Notes under the pieces: model-generated
The model's database searches: none
Told to the model about the DNA's origin: nothing
Seen by the model: only the letters and a program-made list of their open reading frames with translations
Program-made: the position numbers and the translations under genes
Shown: in pieces, positions 49,301 through 63,401 of the stretch
Layout of the letters: each line of letters opens with the position of its first letter
Position numbering within the stretch: position 1 is the stretch's first letter
NCBI GenBank assembly: GCA_963924565.1
Contig: OZ004612.1
Location: 7,068,001 to 7,132,000, forward strand
Source: Ascidiella aspersa
Taxonomy: Eukaryota
DNA length: 64,000 nt
Direction of reading: 5' to 3'

Positions 49301-52300
49301 TCAGTGCTATAAAGTTTTGTAAAATTCTTTACATTTCAGTGTTTAAAACCTGGGTCACTCCAAACCCGATGAAACTGCCTGGGGCCCTTAAAATGGCATA
49401 GTAATATAGACAAATTAAAATGGCGTACTATTACTATCAATTGCGATTTGTGTTAAGCCGAAGCAGGCGGATATACGTTGGTCACTACGTCATTCCTCTG
49501 CGTTGCCAGTATTGTAAACCAGCCAATGTTCTTTTATTTCTTTTAATCGAGGCGTCAAACATTCTCGCTTCGTTTGTTAAATCCAGCCTTATAGTGTGGA
49601 CCTATATGACCGAGCTGTTTACATGTGTCGTCATATGCCATGCTTCTGTTTTCCTTTATTACTGCAACCTTTATCGGACCGCACTAACAAATTCGAGCGC
49701 GTTAACTAACAAACAATCTCCTTCTAAATTAGGCGATTTGCACAACAAAACAGACTACAGCTATACCTTATTGGCAAAGCTCCCGGCCCCGTTTTAATAT
49801 TAAAATCGTTGCCAAAGTGGCTGATCAAAATACGGTGGGTTTGAAGTTGTCCAAATGGGTTACGCTATTATGATTTGATGTAATTATTGTTATTTTGAAA
49901 TATAGGCCTACTGGTCGAATAAATCCAAATGCTCGTGTTTACCATGAAAATCAAAACTTACAGACAATTAGAGTAAATAATAACGGCAAGTGCTGTAATG
50001 CATATCCATTGCGATAAATGCGTTTAAACCAATGTAAATTTTATTTTCGCAGCATAAATAATTTATATTAAAGGTGCCCGAAACAATGTTACTGCCCCAA
50101 CTCGATGTACAAAAAACATTAAAGGCTACAATATTTCTTGGCTAGAATTTTAGGGCTCGAGATAATAAGGATATTGTTACTACAATAATATTAAAGCGAA
50201 TTGTTACCACATGTTGGAAAATGTCACTTAGACCCATGGGTGAATCATGGTAGGCTATTGAGGGGTCAACTTTTTTAGGAATGATGTAACTTTTTCACGT
50301 GACGTCATAAAGCACCTAATCTTTAAAACACATTTTCTTGTCTAGCGAATTCAATATTTTTCGAATTACAACGTTTGTAGTTTAATTTAGTATAAACTTC
50401 AGTGTTTATGAATTCACAAGTATAACATCTTTGGGCTGAATTAATAACAGACAAAAGCGAAGTAAAATGCATGGAAGCTGAGTATTTTTGTAAAAAAAGT
50501 TTACATTTACATAATAAAAGTTTATATAGATTGAAAAGGAAGCATGGTCTTATGATTTTCTGTATCCTCCCTTGCATACATGTCTCAGTACCTACACTAA
50601 GCAAAAGTGTACCTTTTCCAATCGGACACTACTCGGAGATCAGGTTTACCTTAGCTGGATACGGTATGACGACAGCTTCCACGGTTAGCATGACAGCAAA
50701 GATGGTGGCGTGGTTCGAAGCGCAGGCGACTTTTCCCTGCTCCATCCCGACCAGCGTCATTCCAGTAGCCTCAAAGTCACCCGTGCTGGTGTTGTAGAAC
50801 ACGCAGCGAAGTTTGGCACTTCGCAGAATTAAGGTTCCAGTCTCGTTGCCTTTGTAGCTTTTCACCGAGTAGATTGAGTTGATTATGTCAGTCAAGTTGC
50901 TTGTCCGAACTTCGTAACTTAACTTAAAGGGTAAATGTTAAGTCACAACATTGTTTGACAACAGCAACTTTAAAGTATAGCACGGAGTCGTACAAAAAAT
51001 TAATAAAACATATCATGCAGGACTTCGGCTTCTTTAGGAAGCATAAAGAGAAGATCGATATTCAAAGTCAAATATAGTTATTTTAAGTATAGGCCTACTG
51101 TAGTTATTTGTGTCCCAGTTGTTGATGGGAAAAACAAGATAAAAAATAATATAATGTACAAAAATAAGGCACGAACATTACAACCTTTTTTAGTGCATAA
51201 AAAAAATGAATTTTTAATTTCCCAACTATTGATTATTATGGTTTTTTTAATAGTATATCATTTTCATAAGGAGTAAAGTAAATTATAGTGGAATGGCCAA
51301 CAGGCAGTGCATTTAAGTGATCGATTTAATTTAAGTGTACGTAAGTTACTGGTTTTAATTTAATTAACTTAACCTATAAGTCTTTTGGACAAAATCGCTT
51401 AACTTTACTAAACCCTTTCGGACAAATAAATTCATTTCACATAAGCGTGTTCTTTAATAATTAATTTTTGATACAATTTATTTAGTCTTACCGCAAAGTC
51501 TGTTAGTAATTATGCTTGATAACTACATATTACGTTTTGTTATTCGCGAATTCAAACATCTTTCGGATCGGATAAGTTTACCAATTATAACAATTTACCA
51601 TTTTGTTTATACTTTTGTAAATGACATGCCCAGCCTCTACTTGCTATAAAAATTACTTAGATGAGTCTTGACTTCATGTGTTTGGTAAATGATTTGACTT
51701 TTAGTTGTTTTTCTGCAAATGATTTAACTTTCAATTAAAAATGACTGGTTTGCAACACAGTAAAAATTTACTTAAATAAAAAAAAAACCGCATACCGTAA
51801 CATTTCCCGTCAATTTTGCGGGTGTAACTCCCAGTAGGGTTCCCATCAAAAAGTTGCCTTCAAGAGTTCCGTCTTCCTTCAAAGATTTGTTGGCAACCCA
51901 TTGGTTGGTCGGTGGGGTGAAATTGATCAATTCCAGTGCCACCGCCTTTGGTGTAATAAATGACGTCAGAGCTACGTCATCGAATTGGTAAGTGGTCGAG
52001 TTTCCTGGCTCGTGCATCAGGTATTCTACTTTGGCGTCGTTTTCTGAACAAGGCTTGCCTTTGGTGTCGGTTTCTGAACAAGGCTTGTGCTTTAACAAAA
52101 TGGGTTTAGTTCCTTGTGTTTAGTAAAAGAAGATAAAATTTCGGCAACGTGGACACAAACCAATATACGTTTGATTTGGTTAAGTCACCGGGATCATCAT
52201 TTCACATTTTCGGATTTTTTGAGGTTGGTTCTAAGCACGATTTTTTTAGAATTCAAAATACTGTAGGACGGATAAAAAGACATGCTCATTTTTATTAAAT

Positions 52301-55300
52301 TCGTGCTTTGCTCACTTAAAAAAGTTGAAAGGAATTGGGTCACCAAATATTCGCTGTTAGCTACCCTTGGCATTTAGGCAGGGAGTCTAACCGGAACCGA
52401 AGTGGAACTTTATGAACCGGTTTTGGGTCAATTTTTTTTGAACCGTAACCGAACCTGTACCGTTTTTTAAACGACGATTTAAGTAGCCGAAGCGGAACTG
52501 AACCAAATAATTTGAACGAACATGAACTTTAAACGAACCCTAACCTGAGCGGTTTGCTCCAGCATGACGTCACAACTTGTATTTTAAAGACTCAAATTAT
52601 GCCATGTTTAAAATTTTATAAACAAATTTGAATATTGATTGAAAAACGTTGATTTTTTTTATTTTTTAGATATTTAAATAATGAGTTGCTGTTTTCTTAA
52701 TACGTCACGTAACTTTAACTGAATGACTTACTATTCATAGATTATTCTCTACATTTGTTGACCTACATTTTTAGATTGAACGCAATTTATATAATATCCG
52801 AACCGGAACTTTATCAACCGGTTTTGAAATAACGATGGTCGGACCGGAGCTGAACCGTAACTTTTGATTTGCTCCGAACCGAAACCGAAACTGAAATTGA
52901 ACCATATTCCGAAAAAATCCTTAAACCCGAACCGAACCTGAACCGGAAAAGGCAAACGGTTCGACTCCCTGTATTTAGGTCGTAGTCCCATCGAAAAGGA
53001 ATGGTAGCCCATAATAAAATATATTTTATGCACAGGCTATGATAAACGAATTTACGCTGCTGGGCATTTAGATATTGACTTAGCCGAAACAAATTGGTTT
53101 GGTGGCTTTAAGGTTAAGACTTTCTTGTAAATCGTAATTTGAATCGCCCGCAACTTGATTCAGTAATTACTCATTATGCTTCAGGGTAAGTAGATCAGTT
53201 TGTGTAAAAACAAACAAATTGATAAACTTTTTAAAGGTTCACTTTTAGTTTTCGCTTTTTAACCAATACTGATCTAACGCTGAACTTACCGAATTTAGAG
53301 CAGATGTCGTTTTGAGAATCATCGCTTTTAATGCGATAAAATGTTGCTGTAAATAAAAAGGTTGATTTAATATGATTTAAGTTTGCTAGATTTTGTGTAG
53401 TTGGATTTTTAATAAACAGGACATAGTCCTGTACACATTAATGATGTAACAATTTGTTGCATTTATATTATGCAATACGCTAACTTATACTTTAAATTCA
53501 TCTTATTGTTCTAAACTTTGATCTAAATGCTTTTCAATATACTAGAGCCGTCGTCGCAATAGATAATAAAAAAAAATGTTTTTAACTTATTACACTGGTG
53601 GGTTAAAAATTACACTTACCATTGAAGAAACACACAAAAGGGTTTGCTTTGTCCTCGATGTTGTCCCACTTAGTTGAATTTTTCATCATAATGACATATT
53701 TTTGATCTTGAAGATCAGACGGCTGACTTGAATGCCAACTGTCGTGATATGTAACGCTGCTTTCATCCGTCCAAAGATAAGAAATATTTTGACCTATATT
53801 TTCTTTAGCGCTCGCGCCTGCGAAGTGCAAATTTATAAGAACAAAATTCAATTTTTAATTAAATACTACGCCAAACCATTATATAATGTGTAGCAGGACA
53901 ATAAGGACCTGGTATGACGTTGTAATGGCAAATACAGTATGGTGGTGGTATTTTGTTTTACAATAAGGTCTTAAAACCAAGTTACCAAAGTCGAAGAGGT
54001 TCAAAATTGGTCGGGGTGAACATTATTGGAGTTTAAATCAAACAAAAATGAAGAAAAATTTAGTGTCGACAATGTTTTTTTTTTAAATAAGTAAACGCCT
54101 ACAAAAAGTACAACAGCCTCGAAGTTATTGCAGCTGTAGGACACGGTCTTGAATATAAATTGTGGTAAACCAGTCGTTTAATAATGTGGTCATAAGTGGT
54201 TCATATTGGGCACGAATGCTTTAATCTATTCTAATTGATTTTCTCATTCAATATTGAGCAATACCCGAAAAGCTAACACAAACAATGCAGCACAAAAACA
54301 AACCACTATAGTTTTGTTAGAATTACCGCCTGATTTGTTAAAAAATATATTCAAAGTAAAACATTTCTAAAAAAACTGTGACTTTTAGATTGGCTACTCG
54401 TCCATTGATATCATTACAAAATTGTGTCGCCGACTGCACTAGTTCTCGTGATTAAATTTATTGGAAGTGGTTTTAAACCTAGGTAAGATTTTCACAAAAT
54501 TGATAAAAATTGCGGAAGTAATGCGAATAAATGGCTCATATTAATGAAATTGTAAATCATGGATGCTATTGTCTTGTTTGTGATGATTTCCTTGATTATT
54601 ACCAATCTACTTAAGAAAGTTGAGTTGACAAAATTTCGCTATTATATACTTGAAGTTTGGTGTTTGGGTTGCCGCCTAAAATGTTAATAAACACTGTTTA
54701 AGCAAAATAAAGCCGTTTTAACACCACTTCTGTATATTGAAAATTTGTTCACCTGAGTAGTCATTTATTTGTGACCACAAATTTTCTTACCTATCCACAT
54801 GTCGAAATTGTGTTGTTTACGGATGCAGTCAACGAGTGCGTTTTCGTTTTCGTCTTCGATTTTAGCTAGTTGGCCTGCTTTGTTAGAGCATTCCTTTCGG
54901 GCTTCCGAAAATTTTTTTTGATTTTTTTTCTTTTTCCCGAAAAGTCCATATATCTTTACTCTAGTGCCATCTAGAATGAAAAAAAATATCAAATTCAAAT
55001 CCTATACCCTTTGTCGTTCCTATACTGAGAATCGATTCTGCAAAAGCACATCCCAAAAACAAATTATGTCCAATTTAAGATTCAGTATTATTTTCTGTAT
55101 TGGAGTACAAAAGTACAAAATAAAAATTATTGGTGTGGATAACATACCTGTTAGTCCCAGTTTGCTTGCGATACCCAGGTCTTTAAAGCAATATTCATAT
55201 ACACTTCGACGATCAGTACCATTTAAACCTATAAACATACATTGCTTTATTCGCAAAAAAGTCTGGTCTCGTCCCAACAGGTTTACGAGGGGTAAAATCA

Positions 55301-55702
55301 TTTACGGGAGCAAAAAATAAGAACTAATTCTACTTTTCTTACAATTAGCTCTGAGAAAGCATTCCTCTATTTTATTCAGTGATTTGTTATAAGAAGGCCT
55401 TAACAATTCAAAAAACATCTTTCGCGTGCTCTTTATACTTTGCGTTTTGCGACCGGTTTTTAGCACCGTAGAAAGTAGTTATAACATCACAATTGCAAAA
55501 AACGTTTTACCGTTTAAAAAGTTTTCTTCACACCTTGAATCCATTTTGTTCCGTTGTACAACTTACCTCTCACCCGCACTTTTTCGTTCACTTCGATAAC
55601 CATTCTTTGCCTGAAAGCTGTTAGTTGGTTAGACGCCAGATGAGAAAACAAGCAAAAGACGACAAAAGAAAACTGCCGCAATCCTTTCCGAAGACCAGCC
55701 AT
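46329..55702 (-). CDS. Adhesion GPCR copy 4 (type-B CTLD), ~1041 aa, apparently intact
   Basis: Exons 55567-55702, 54791-54970, 53620-53817, 53290-53346, 51796-~52073, 50650-50922, 48876-49107, 47906-48403, 46329-47602; total 3126 nt, in frame. Confidence 0.88.
52379..52971. mobile_element. Same-site copy of the GAACC-rich hAT MITE in intron 4 of copy 4
   Basis: Same TIRs and flanks as 10553-11143. Confidence 0.85.
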
Positions 55703-58700
55703 GTGTTGTACTGATAAATCCTTAAACCTGAACAAAACACGTCCAAATTAATATTGGCTTCGCTCCAACAACCACATTCCAACATGCTACAACGCAAATT
55801 GCGATGAACGCTACTTTCAAATAAAAAATATTAAGCAAACAAACGATAGAGCGTCAAAATATAAATTGTTTCACGGTACCTAAATATTTGGAGCGGTCAC
55901 AGTCATGCGTCCTAATTAGTGATTGCTAATATGTGTAACACGTTTTGTTCTTGTAGAAATAACCTCATTGTGGAAGAAATAGGCTTTAAGTCTAGCATTG
56001 TGGACTTCAATGCAAACTTTATTCTCACACAAACTATTCAATTGGTGTCAAAACCATCATAATAATCCCGCTATTTGCATCTTTGGTGCTTCGTGACCCG
56101 TGTTGCAAAATACAAAAACTATAGAGAAATCTAATGAACTGACAACGAGATGCGGTTGTGCTTAGCCAGAACGGAAATCATTTCAATCCTGTTCACTGCT
56201 AAACATAATTGCCAAAGTTTTCATTGAAATGCAAATCAATTTGTTTAGACCACTTTACGAACTGGTTAAGTTTGAGAACATCTGGTGTCAAAGATTGCGA
56301 AATTAACAATAGATCCATTGTATTGCTATGCTGGCAACACTCGTGCTATCAATGCTAACGATATATCATCCAGACCGGCGTCTATTTTTCTGTGACGCGA
56401 TGTACAATAACGTTAACTTCCGAGGAAAATCCTAGAAAAAAAAACGATTGTACCTTCGTCGTATTGTGCAGTATAGCAATAATCCAATCATACTTTGTCA
56501 GCTTCTTTGTGTCCATTATTCTGTTCAAAATTTTATTTTATGCTGTCGGACAATAGAATTTGTTTCCGACTTAGAAAGCAAATGTACACTTTTGGTCAGT
56601 TAGCACTGTGGTCAGCAAATAATATATCTCTAAACTAAAACAATACTCTTTTGTGAAGATATAAACATGTCGATTGTCGAGTGGCTTTGGCAACAATTTC
56701 ACAAATGCCAATGCGACAACTTGGTATTTTTAATGTAGAGGATTTCAAATAGCGTATATGCTGCTTGTTCATTTTTTAGCGCATTAAATTCAAATCAAAA
56801 TTTCGGTTTAATTTGTTATAGGATTTTACATTTTACAAAGTCAATTAGATATCAAACTAACTTGCCTATGTTATTTTCCTAGATTAAATTTAATCATGTT
56901 GAAACTTATCAGGTTTAACTTATTCAAATAGATTTAAATTAACCATGCGTGTTGAACCGTTAATGACAAGCAGGGGACGAATTAGGGAAGAAGAAGGGCA
57001 TTAGGCATTATAAATACCAAATGCATATTTTCTATTCTTTTTTTCAAATTTTTTTGGCCGTTTTAAGTAATTTAATAAGAATAAAGACGCTGTGCATGTT
57101 TTGGCATGTTGCGTCGTGTAACTAATTTGACGTCTTGTTGTTACATAACTTTATAACTTCATTCCTATAAAATTTAGGCCCCAAACAAAAATCCTAGGTC
57201 CGCCACTGAAATCAAGCATAGATGTGAGACAACATAGGATTGGATTTTATACCCGATGCCCCCATGGTACAAAACCATTTTTTTTTTCTAATAATAAATA
57301 AAATAGCATATAATTCATAAGTTTCTCATTGCTAAGCAATTTGCTAGCCTGTCGACTTGGTATATATGCCGTTTGTAGGTTTCTATTTCATCAATTGTCC
57401 TTTTTTGACCTTAGCAAGGTCATATGGTAATATCAGATCTGTGTTATTTTTACCCCAAATCCATATAAACAAACCTTACTCATATATGCTTGAAATTAAT
57501 CGATACCTTGACTTTTACTACTGACATGGTAATGTAGGGACGAACTGTTAGTATTTATTGGAAAAACTTAAAAATCTTACACTTTAAAATACCTTAAAGC
57601 TACAAACAAGTGAAAAACAACCTACAAATTATAGAGACTGATAATATTTTAGCTTTAATTTTTGGTATTATTTTCGTTTGTAAGCATGAAACACTTTTGA
57701 GCGGGAAGCATATCAATACAAAGTGAAACACTTCGGGAAAAATAACAACAATCAACGACAAAAAGTAAATATAATAAACATAGAAAAAGTCATCGAACCT
57801 ATGATAGGATAGTGTAAGTGTCACGGGAATGCTTATACATAAAAAAGCATTGGCCCAACGTTTAAACGACCACATAGGATTCAACGAGCAGATAAAAGAA
57901 CAAAAAAAGAAAAAAATCAAATGAGTAATTGCATTAGTTTTCACACAATATAACGGAATAAATACAAATAGTCAAGAAGAAAGTAAAAAGTGCCAATTTA
58001 TCGTGCTATACAACTTAAGTTAAAAGACATGCTCGCAATGCTATTATTTCAAAATTAGTCTTAGTTAACTCTGATATTTGGGCGTAACGCAAATGCTATA
58101 TAGCCGAACCGAAAACGACCCTATTTTGCCCCGTGTGATTTGAGCATTAAATTATCTGCGGTACATTTTAAAGAGGTACACGAAGAAATAATACAGTAAT
58201 CGAAATTAACGAGCAATACTGCAATCAATATTCGTTGTAAATTAAAATGCACTGTAAAGAACAAAAGTGGTTGAATGTAAAAATTAAGGCAAGTTACAAC
58301 TAACACATTTATGAAGAAGCAAAATTAAAATAATATAACAAAATACTTTGAATCCCTTAACAAGAAATGACCACCATTCCTGGGTTACCATTGGGTCGCT
58401 ATACTCCAGAGGTAGCCTAATGCAAAAAATCATCACTTTAAAATATGTAGACTGGAGTTTATGTGCCATATAGCTCTAAATAAGTTTTACCGAGTTTCTT
58501 TATGTTACAGATAATACTAAATGAAGTATATTACTTAACGTGTCTCTTTAGTTGTCATATTTAATCATATAATTATAAAAACTGTATAAAAAGTGGTATA
58601 TTGGAAACAAAAGGTAGGATTTAAACCACGCAATAGTTCCGGGTGAGCACATAGACACCAAAATGCTACTTAAAATAACGAACTGAATAGCTGCGCTTTT

Positions 58701-58925
58701 ATCGCACCGGTTTGACAACAGCCGTTTTATTCCATTGGAAACACGAATTGCCAGATATTGTCTATCGCGATCAACTTTCAACCTCAGACGCAATTGTTAA
58801 TATTCGCATTCAATTGTTCACTTGCTATACTTAGAAGTCTTTATATTCTGCTGCCCTCCGTTTAGTGTTTTGCTTACGTTATCCGTCTTTCTTCCTTCAG
58901 ACAGCCCTTTTATTTGGGCTATTTT

Positions 58926-61900
58926 TCATTCGTTAGCAGTTCTGTTTTCGCTAGCCATCCTGTTTTCTAGGATCATCTTGCTGATGTTAGCCATCTTGAT
59001 TTCGTGATTCCTCTTGCTTTGTTGAAGTTCACTCTTGCTTTTCTGAGATGTGGTGATTTTTTGAGTCACCTTGTTTTCCAGAAGTGTTTTTTCATCGTTC
59101 AACACTTTTCTGTCGCCATTCTTCTTTTTTTCAAAGGCCACCAGGCTTTTCTGGGACATAATTCTGTCGTGGGCCGTATCGTTTTGCTTGTCCCTCTTTC
59201 TTCCATAAGCCGTCTGGCTTTCTTGGACAATCTTCCTTGTATGGGCCATCTTGCTTTCCTGAGTAATTGTTCCTTCTTCGATTATTCTGTTTCGCCGGGA
59301 ACCACTATTGGCTTCCTGAGATGCAGTTCTTTTCCGAGTCATCTTGTTTCCGTGAAACCTCTTTATTTGGTCAGTCATTTTGCTCTTGTGAGCCATCTGA
59401 GTTTTCTGGTTGTCGTGAGTCACATCTTCTTTCTGGTCATGCTGGTTTTCGTAGGACATCTTGCTTTCTTGTACAATCTTGTTTATGTGAGCCATCTTGC
59501 TTTCGTGAGCCATTTTTCTTTCGTGTGACTCCGTGGTTTCGTGAGTCACTTTTCGTTCGTGTACCATCCTGCTGTTGTGAGCCATTTTCCTTTCGTGCGA
59601 CATATTACTTTTGTCAGCACTTTGAATTTCTTGAACTACCTTGCTCACGTGAGCCTTATTACGTCCGTGAAATATTTCGCTTCTCTGTGATGTATTTCTC
59701 TGTTCCGCCATCTTGATTTCTTTGACTGTCTTGCTTCCGTGAGCCGTCTGTCTTTTGTCAGAAACTTTTCGTACGTGAGCCGTTGTACTTCCGCGAGACA
59801 TCTCGTTTTGCTGGTCAATCTTACTTGCATAAGCCTTTCTGCTTTCGTGAGCCATCTTTCTTATAGGATCCATATTGCTTTCCGACGATGCCTTGCTTTC
59901 CGTAACCATGTTGTTTTCCTTGGTAGACTTTGAACCGAGGCTTTCTTTTGCCTTTCTATTTGACCTTGTAAATCGAAGTCGGTCAACAATCGCGTGCCGG
60001 ACCTCACTGTTAAACACCGCGTAGACCAGAAGCAAAAAGAATCCTTGCAGTCCGTTCACCACAGTCGAAAGATAAATAAACACGTTGGACGTTCCTAGAA
60101 AAATGACGTTGGGCACTGTTACTTAATTTTAAGGCAATTTACCGCTTCCCTATCGAATACTAGTGTGCTAAAATAAACAAGAAAAATAATCCATTGCATG
60201 GTATTAATGAACGACCAACCATAAAAATACGACAAATGTAATTCAAGGTTGAAAATTACCATGAGGACACCAAGTAAGGAACCGTGTAAACTATAGGTAT
60301 CGGGTCCGAAAGGCTTAACTAGATGCGAGGACAACCTTAAAATAAATGCTTTAAACAGACCAAACTAGTTCAAATCTAGGCCTATAGCGCGAAATTTACC
60401 AGCAAGGAAGAGTACAGCCCACGGAACGCCAAGCGCAGGAAGCAGCATAAGCATGGCTCGGAGTCCGGCTTTGACGTGGATCAGGTTGTTTCCCATCAGT
60501 GGATTGTTGTCCTCGCTACGTTGGGGCATCGGCCTTAGCTTTTCCTCGGCTTTGCTCATTGCGTACACAAAGCAACTGACTTTGAGCAAGATGGCAAGAT
60601 TTACGATTGCAATGGAAGCGAGGGGAATTATGACGCCGACCAGAAGGATTCCCGAATCTCGACTTAGCCAGCATTGAGCATAATTGGCCGTTATATTCGG
60701 TTTAAAAGCCACCAGCAGTTCGTCCATGTAGATGTCGTTGAGGAAACCGTAAACTGTTGTTGCGATCACCGCTGCACAGGGAAAGAGCCAACCGGATGCA
60801 AGAAGGCCGATCCTTACGCTTCTGGAGGAGCCGAGACGAAGAGCGAAGTCGGAAGTTTTTAGGAAGATGTTCACGCCCTCCACCAACATCCAGGCTCCTT
60901 AAGGGACAAGGTATATTAGCATCATTTGTTAATGATGCATTTTACGGTTTAAATGTGGTTGTCCACGCCTGACAAATGTTTAGTTTTTACCATACGTAAC
61001 AACTTATATACTTACTGTAAATAGTTTAACTGAATATTAGTAATCTATAAAGTTCATTTTATCTAAAGCTATGAGGTAAAACTAATTCAAATAATAAAAT
61101 GGAAGACCCATAAATTAGATACGAAACAAACGTTCAAAAAAGCGCAAAACGGAGCAGTTATTAAACAACTTATTTATTCTGCAATAAGCTATGTTTAACA
61201 TAATGAAATGTACTAAACCTTAAATTTAAATTCAATTTATTTAAAAATTGCCACATGATTTCAGGTAAAAAAAACTTACAGCCATAATTCCCCGATTCAA
61301 CTGTCTGGGCGAATGGGTGTTAATTGCAACATTTGCGTTATGTTATAAAATTCAGGTTTTCCTTCACCTGAACTCAGCATTGCAAAATGCTGTGCGACCG
61401 CCAACGCCTGACAAGCAAGTTGGTCGTCCAAGGCAAAGTCGTGAAGCAAGTTGCCCAAATGCAGCAGCAATAGGCAAGCGGCCAGATGTATCTGCACAAC
61501 GGTTCGGCCGCTTTTGACCTTTCGTTTGGCCACAAGCAAAGCGATGATCGTCAGTACGAGTGAGAAAGAAGAAACGCAGCCGGTGACGTAACCAAGAATC
61601 TGTGTACAGTAAAATATTAGTACAAAAACAACTAATGGTCAACTCGTTCCTTTTGTGGTTGATCCACGCCAGTTCATTTCAATCAGAGACATTTTAAGGT
61701 AAGCGGGGATTAGTTTGGCAGACCAAAATCTAAAAATTCATAAAATTCCTTAAATAGACATTTACATGCCTTATGCATATCACATGACAAAATTCAGTGA
61801 TATAAAGTTTTTATATAAACATTTTAAGGTTTCAAACCTTGGTCACTCAAAACGCGAAGCAACATGCGCGGAAACCCTTAAAATGGCGTAAAAGTATAGA

Positions 61901-63401
61901 CAAATTAAAATGGCGTACTATTATTTACCAATTGCGATTTGTGTTAGGCCGAACCCGGCGGATATACGTTTCTCACCACGTCATTCCCTGTGGTGCCAAT
62001 CTTGTAAACCAGCCAATGTTCTTTTATTTCTTTTAACTGAGGCGTCAAACATTCTCGCTTCGTTTATTAAATCCAGCCTTATAGTGTGGGCGTATATGTT
62101 ACCGAGATGTTTACATGTTTCGTCATATGCCATGCTGCTGTTTTTTTATTACTATAACCTTTGTCGGACCGCCGTGACGAATTCGAACGCAGTAACGAAA
62201 TCTTATTCTAAATTAGGCGATTTGCACAACAAAACAGACTACAGCCATACCTTATTGGCAAAGCTCCCGGCCCCGTTTTAAACTTAAAATCGTTGCCAAA
62301 GTGTCTGTTAAAATTATGGTTGGTTTGAAGTTGTCCAAATGGTTTACGCTATTATGATTTGATGTAATTCTTGTTATTTTTTAAATTACTTATCGAATAA
62401 ATCCAAATGCTCGTGTTTGCCATCAAAATCAAAACTTACAGACAATTAGAGTAAATAATAACGGTAAGTGTTGTAATGCATATCTATTGCGATAAATGCG
62501 TTTAAACCAATGTAAAATTTTATTTTCGCAGAATAAATAATTTATATCAAAGATGCCCGAAACAATGTTACTGCTCCAATTCGATGTGCAAAAAACATTA
62601 AAGGCTACAATATTTCTTGGCTAGAATTTTAGGGCTCGAGATAATAAGGATATTGTTACTACAATAATATTAAAGCGAATTGTTACCACATGTTGGAAAA
62701 TGTCACTTAGACCCATGGGTGAACCATGGTAGGCTATTGAGGGGTCAACTTTTTTAGGAATGATGTAACTTTTTCACGTGACGTCTTAAAGCACCTAATC
62801 TTTAAATAACATTTTGTTGTCCAGCGAATTCAATATTTTTTGAATAACAGCGTTTGTAGTTTAATTTAGTATAAACTTCAGTGTTTATGAATTCACAAGT
62901 ATAACATCTTTGGGCTGAATTAATAACAGACAAAAGCGAAGTAAAATGCATGGAAGCTGAGTATTTTTGTAAAAAAAGTTTACATTTACATAATAAAAGT
63001 TTATATAGATTGAAAAGGAAGCATGGTCTTATGATTTTCTGTATCCTCCCGTGCATATATGTCTCAGTACTTACACTAAGCAAAAGTGCACCTGTTCCAA
63101 TCGGACACTACTCGGAGATCAGTTTTACCTTAGCTGGATACGGTATGACGACAGCTTCCACGGTTAGCATGACAGCAAAGATGGTGGCGTGGTTCGAAGC
63201 GCAGGCGACTTTTCCCTGCTCCATCCCGACCAGCGTCATTCCAGTAGCCTCAAAGTCGCCCGTACTGGTGTTGTAGAACACGCAGCGAAGTTTGGCACTT
63301 CGCAGAATTAAGGTTCCAGTCTCGTTGCCTTTGTAGCTTTTCACCGAGTAGATTGAGTTGATTATGTCAGTCATGTTGCTTGTCCGAACTTCGTAACTTA
63401 A
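58926..63401 (-). CDS. Adhesion GPCR copy 5, 3' part (exons 6-9); 5' exons lie beyond the window; tail shortened by a premature stop
   Basis: Exons 63129-63401 (GPS), 61368-61599, 60400-60897, 58926-60094. AGA>TGA at 58926-58928; the stop used by the paralogs is still present at 58818-58820. Confidence 0.82.
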
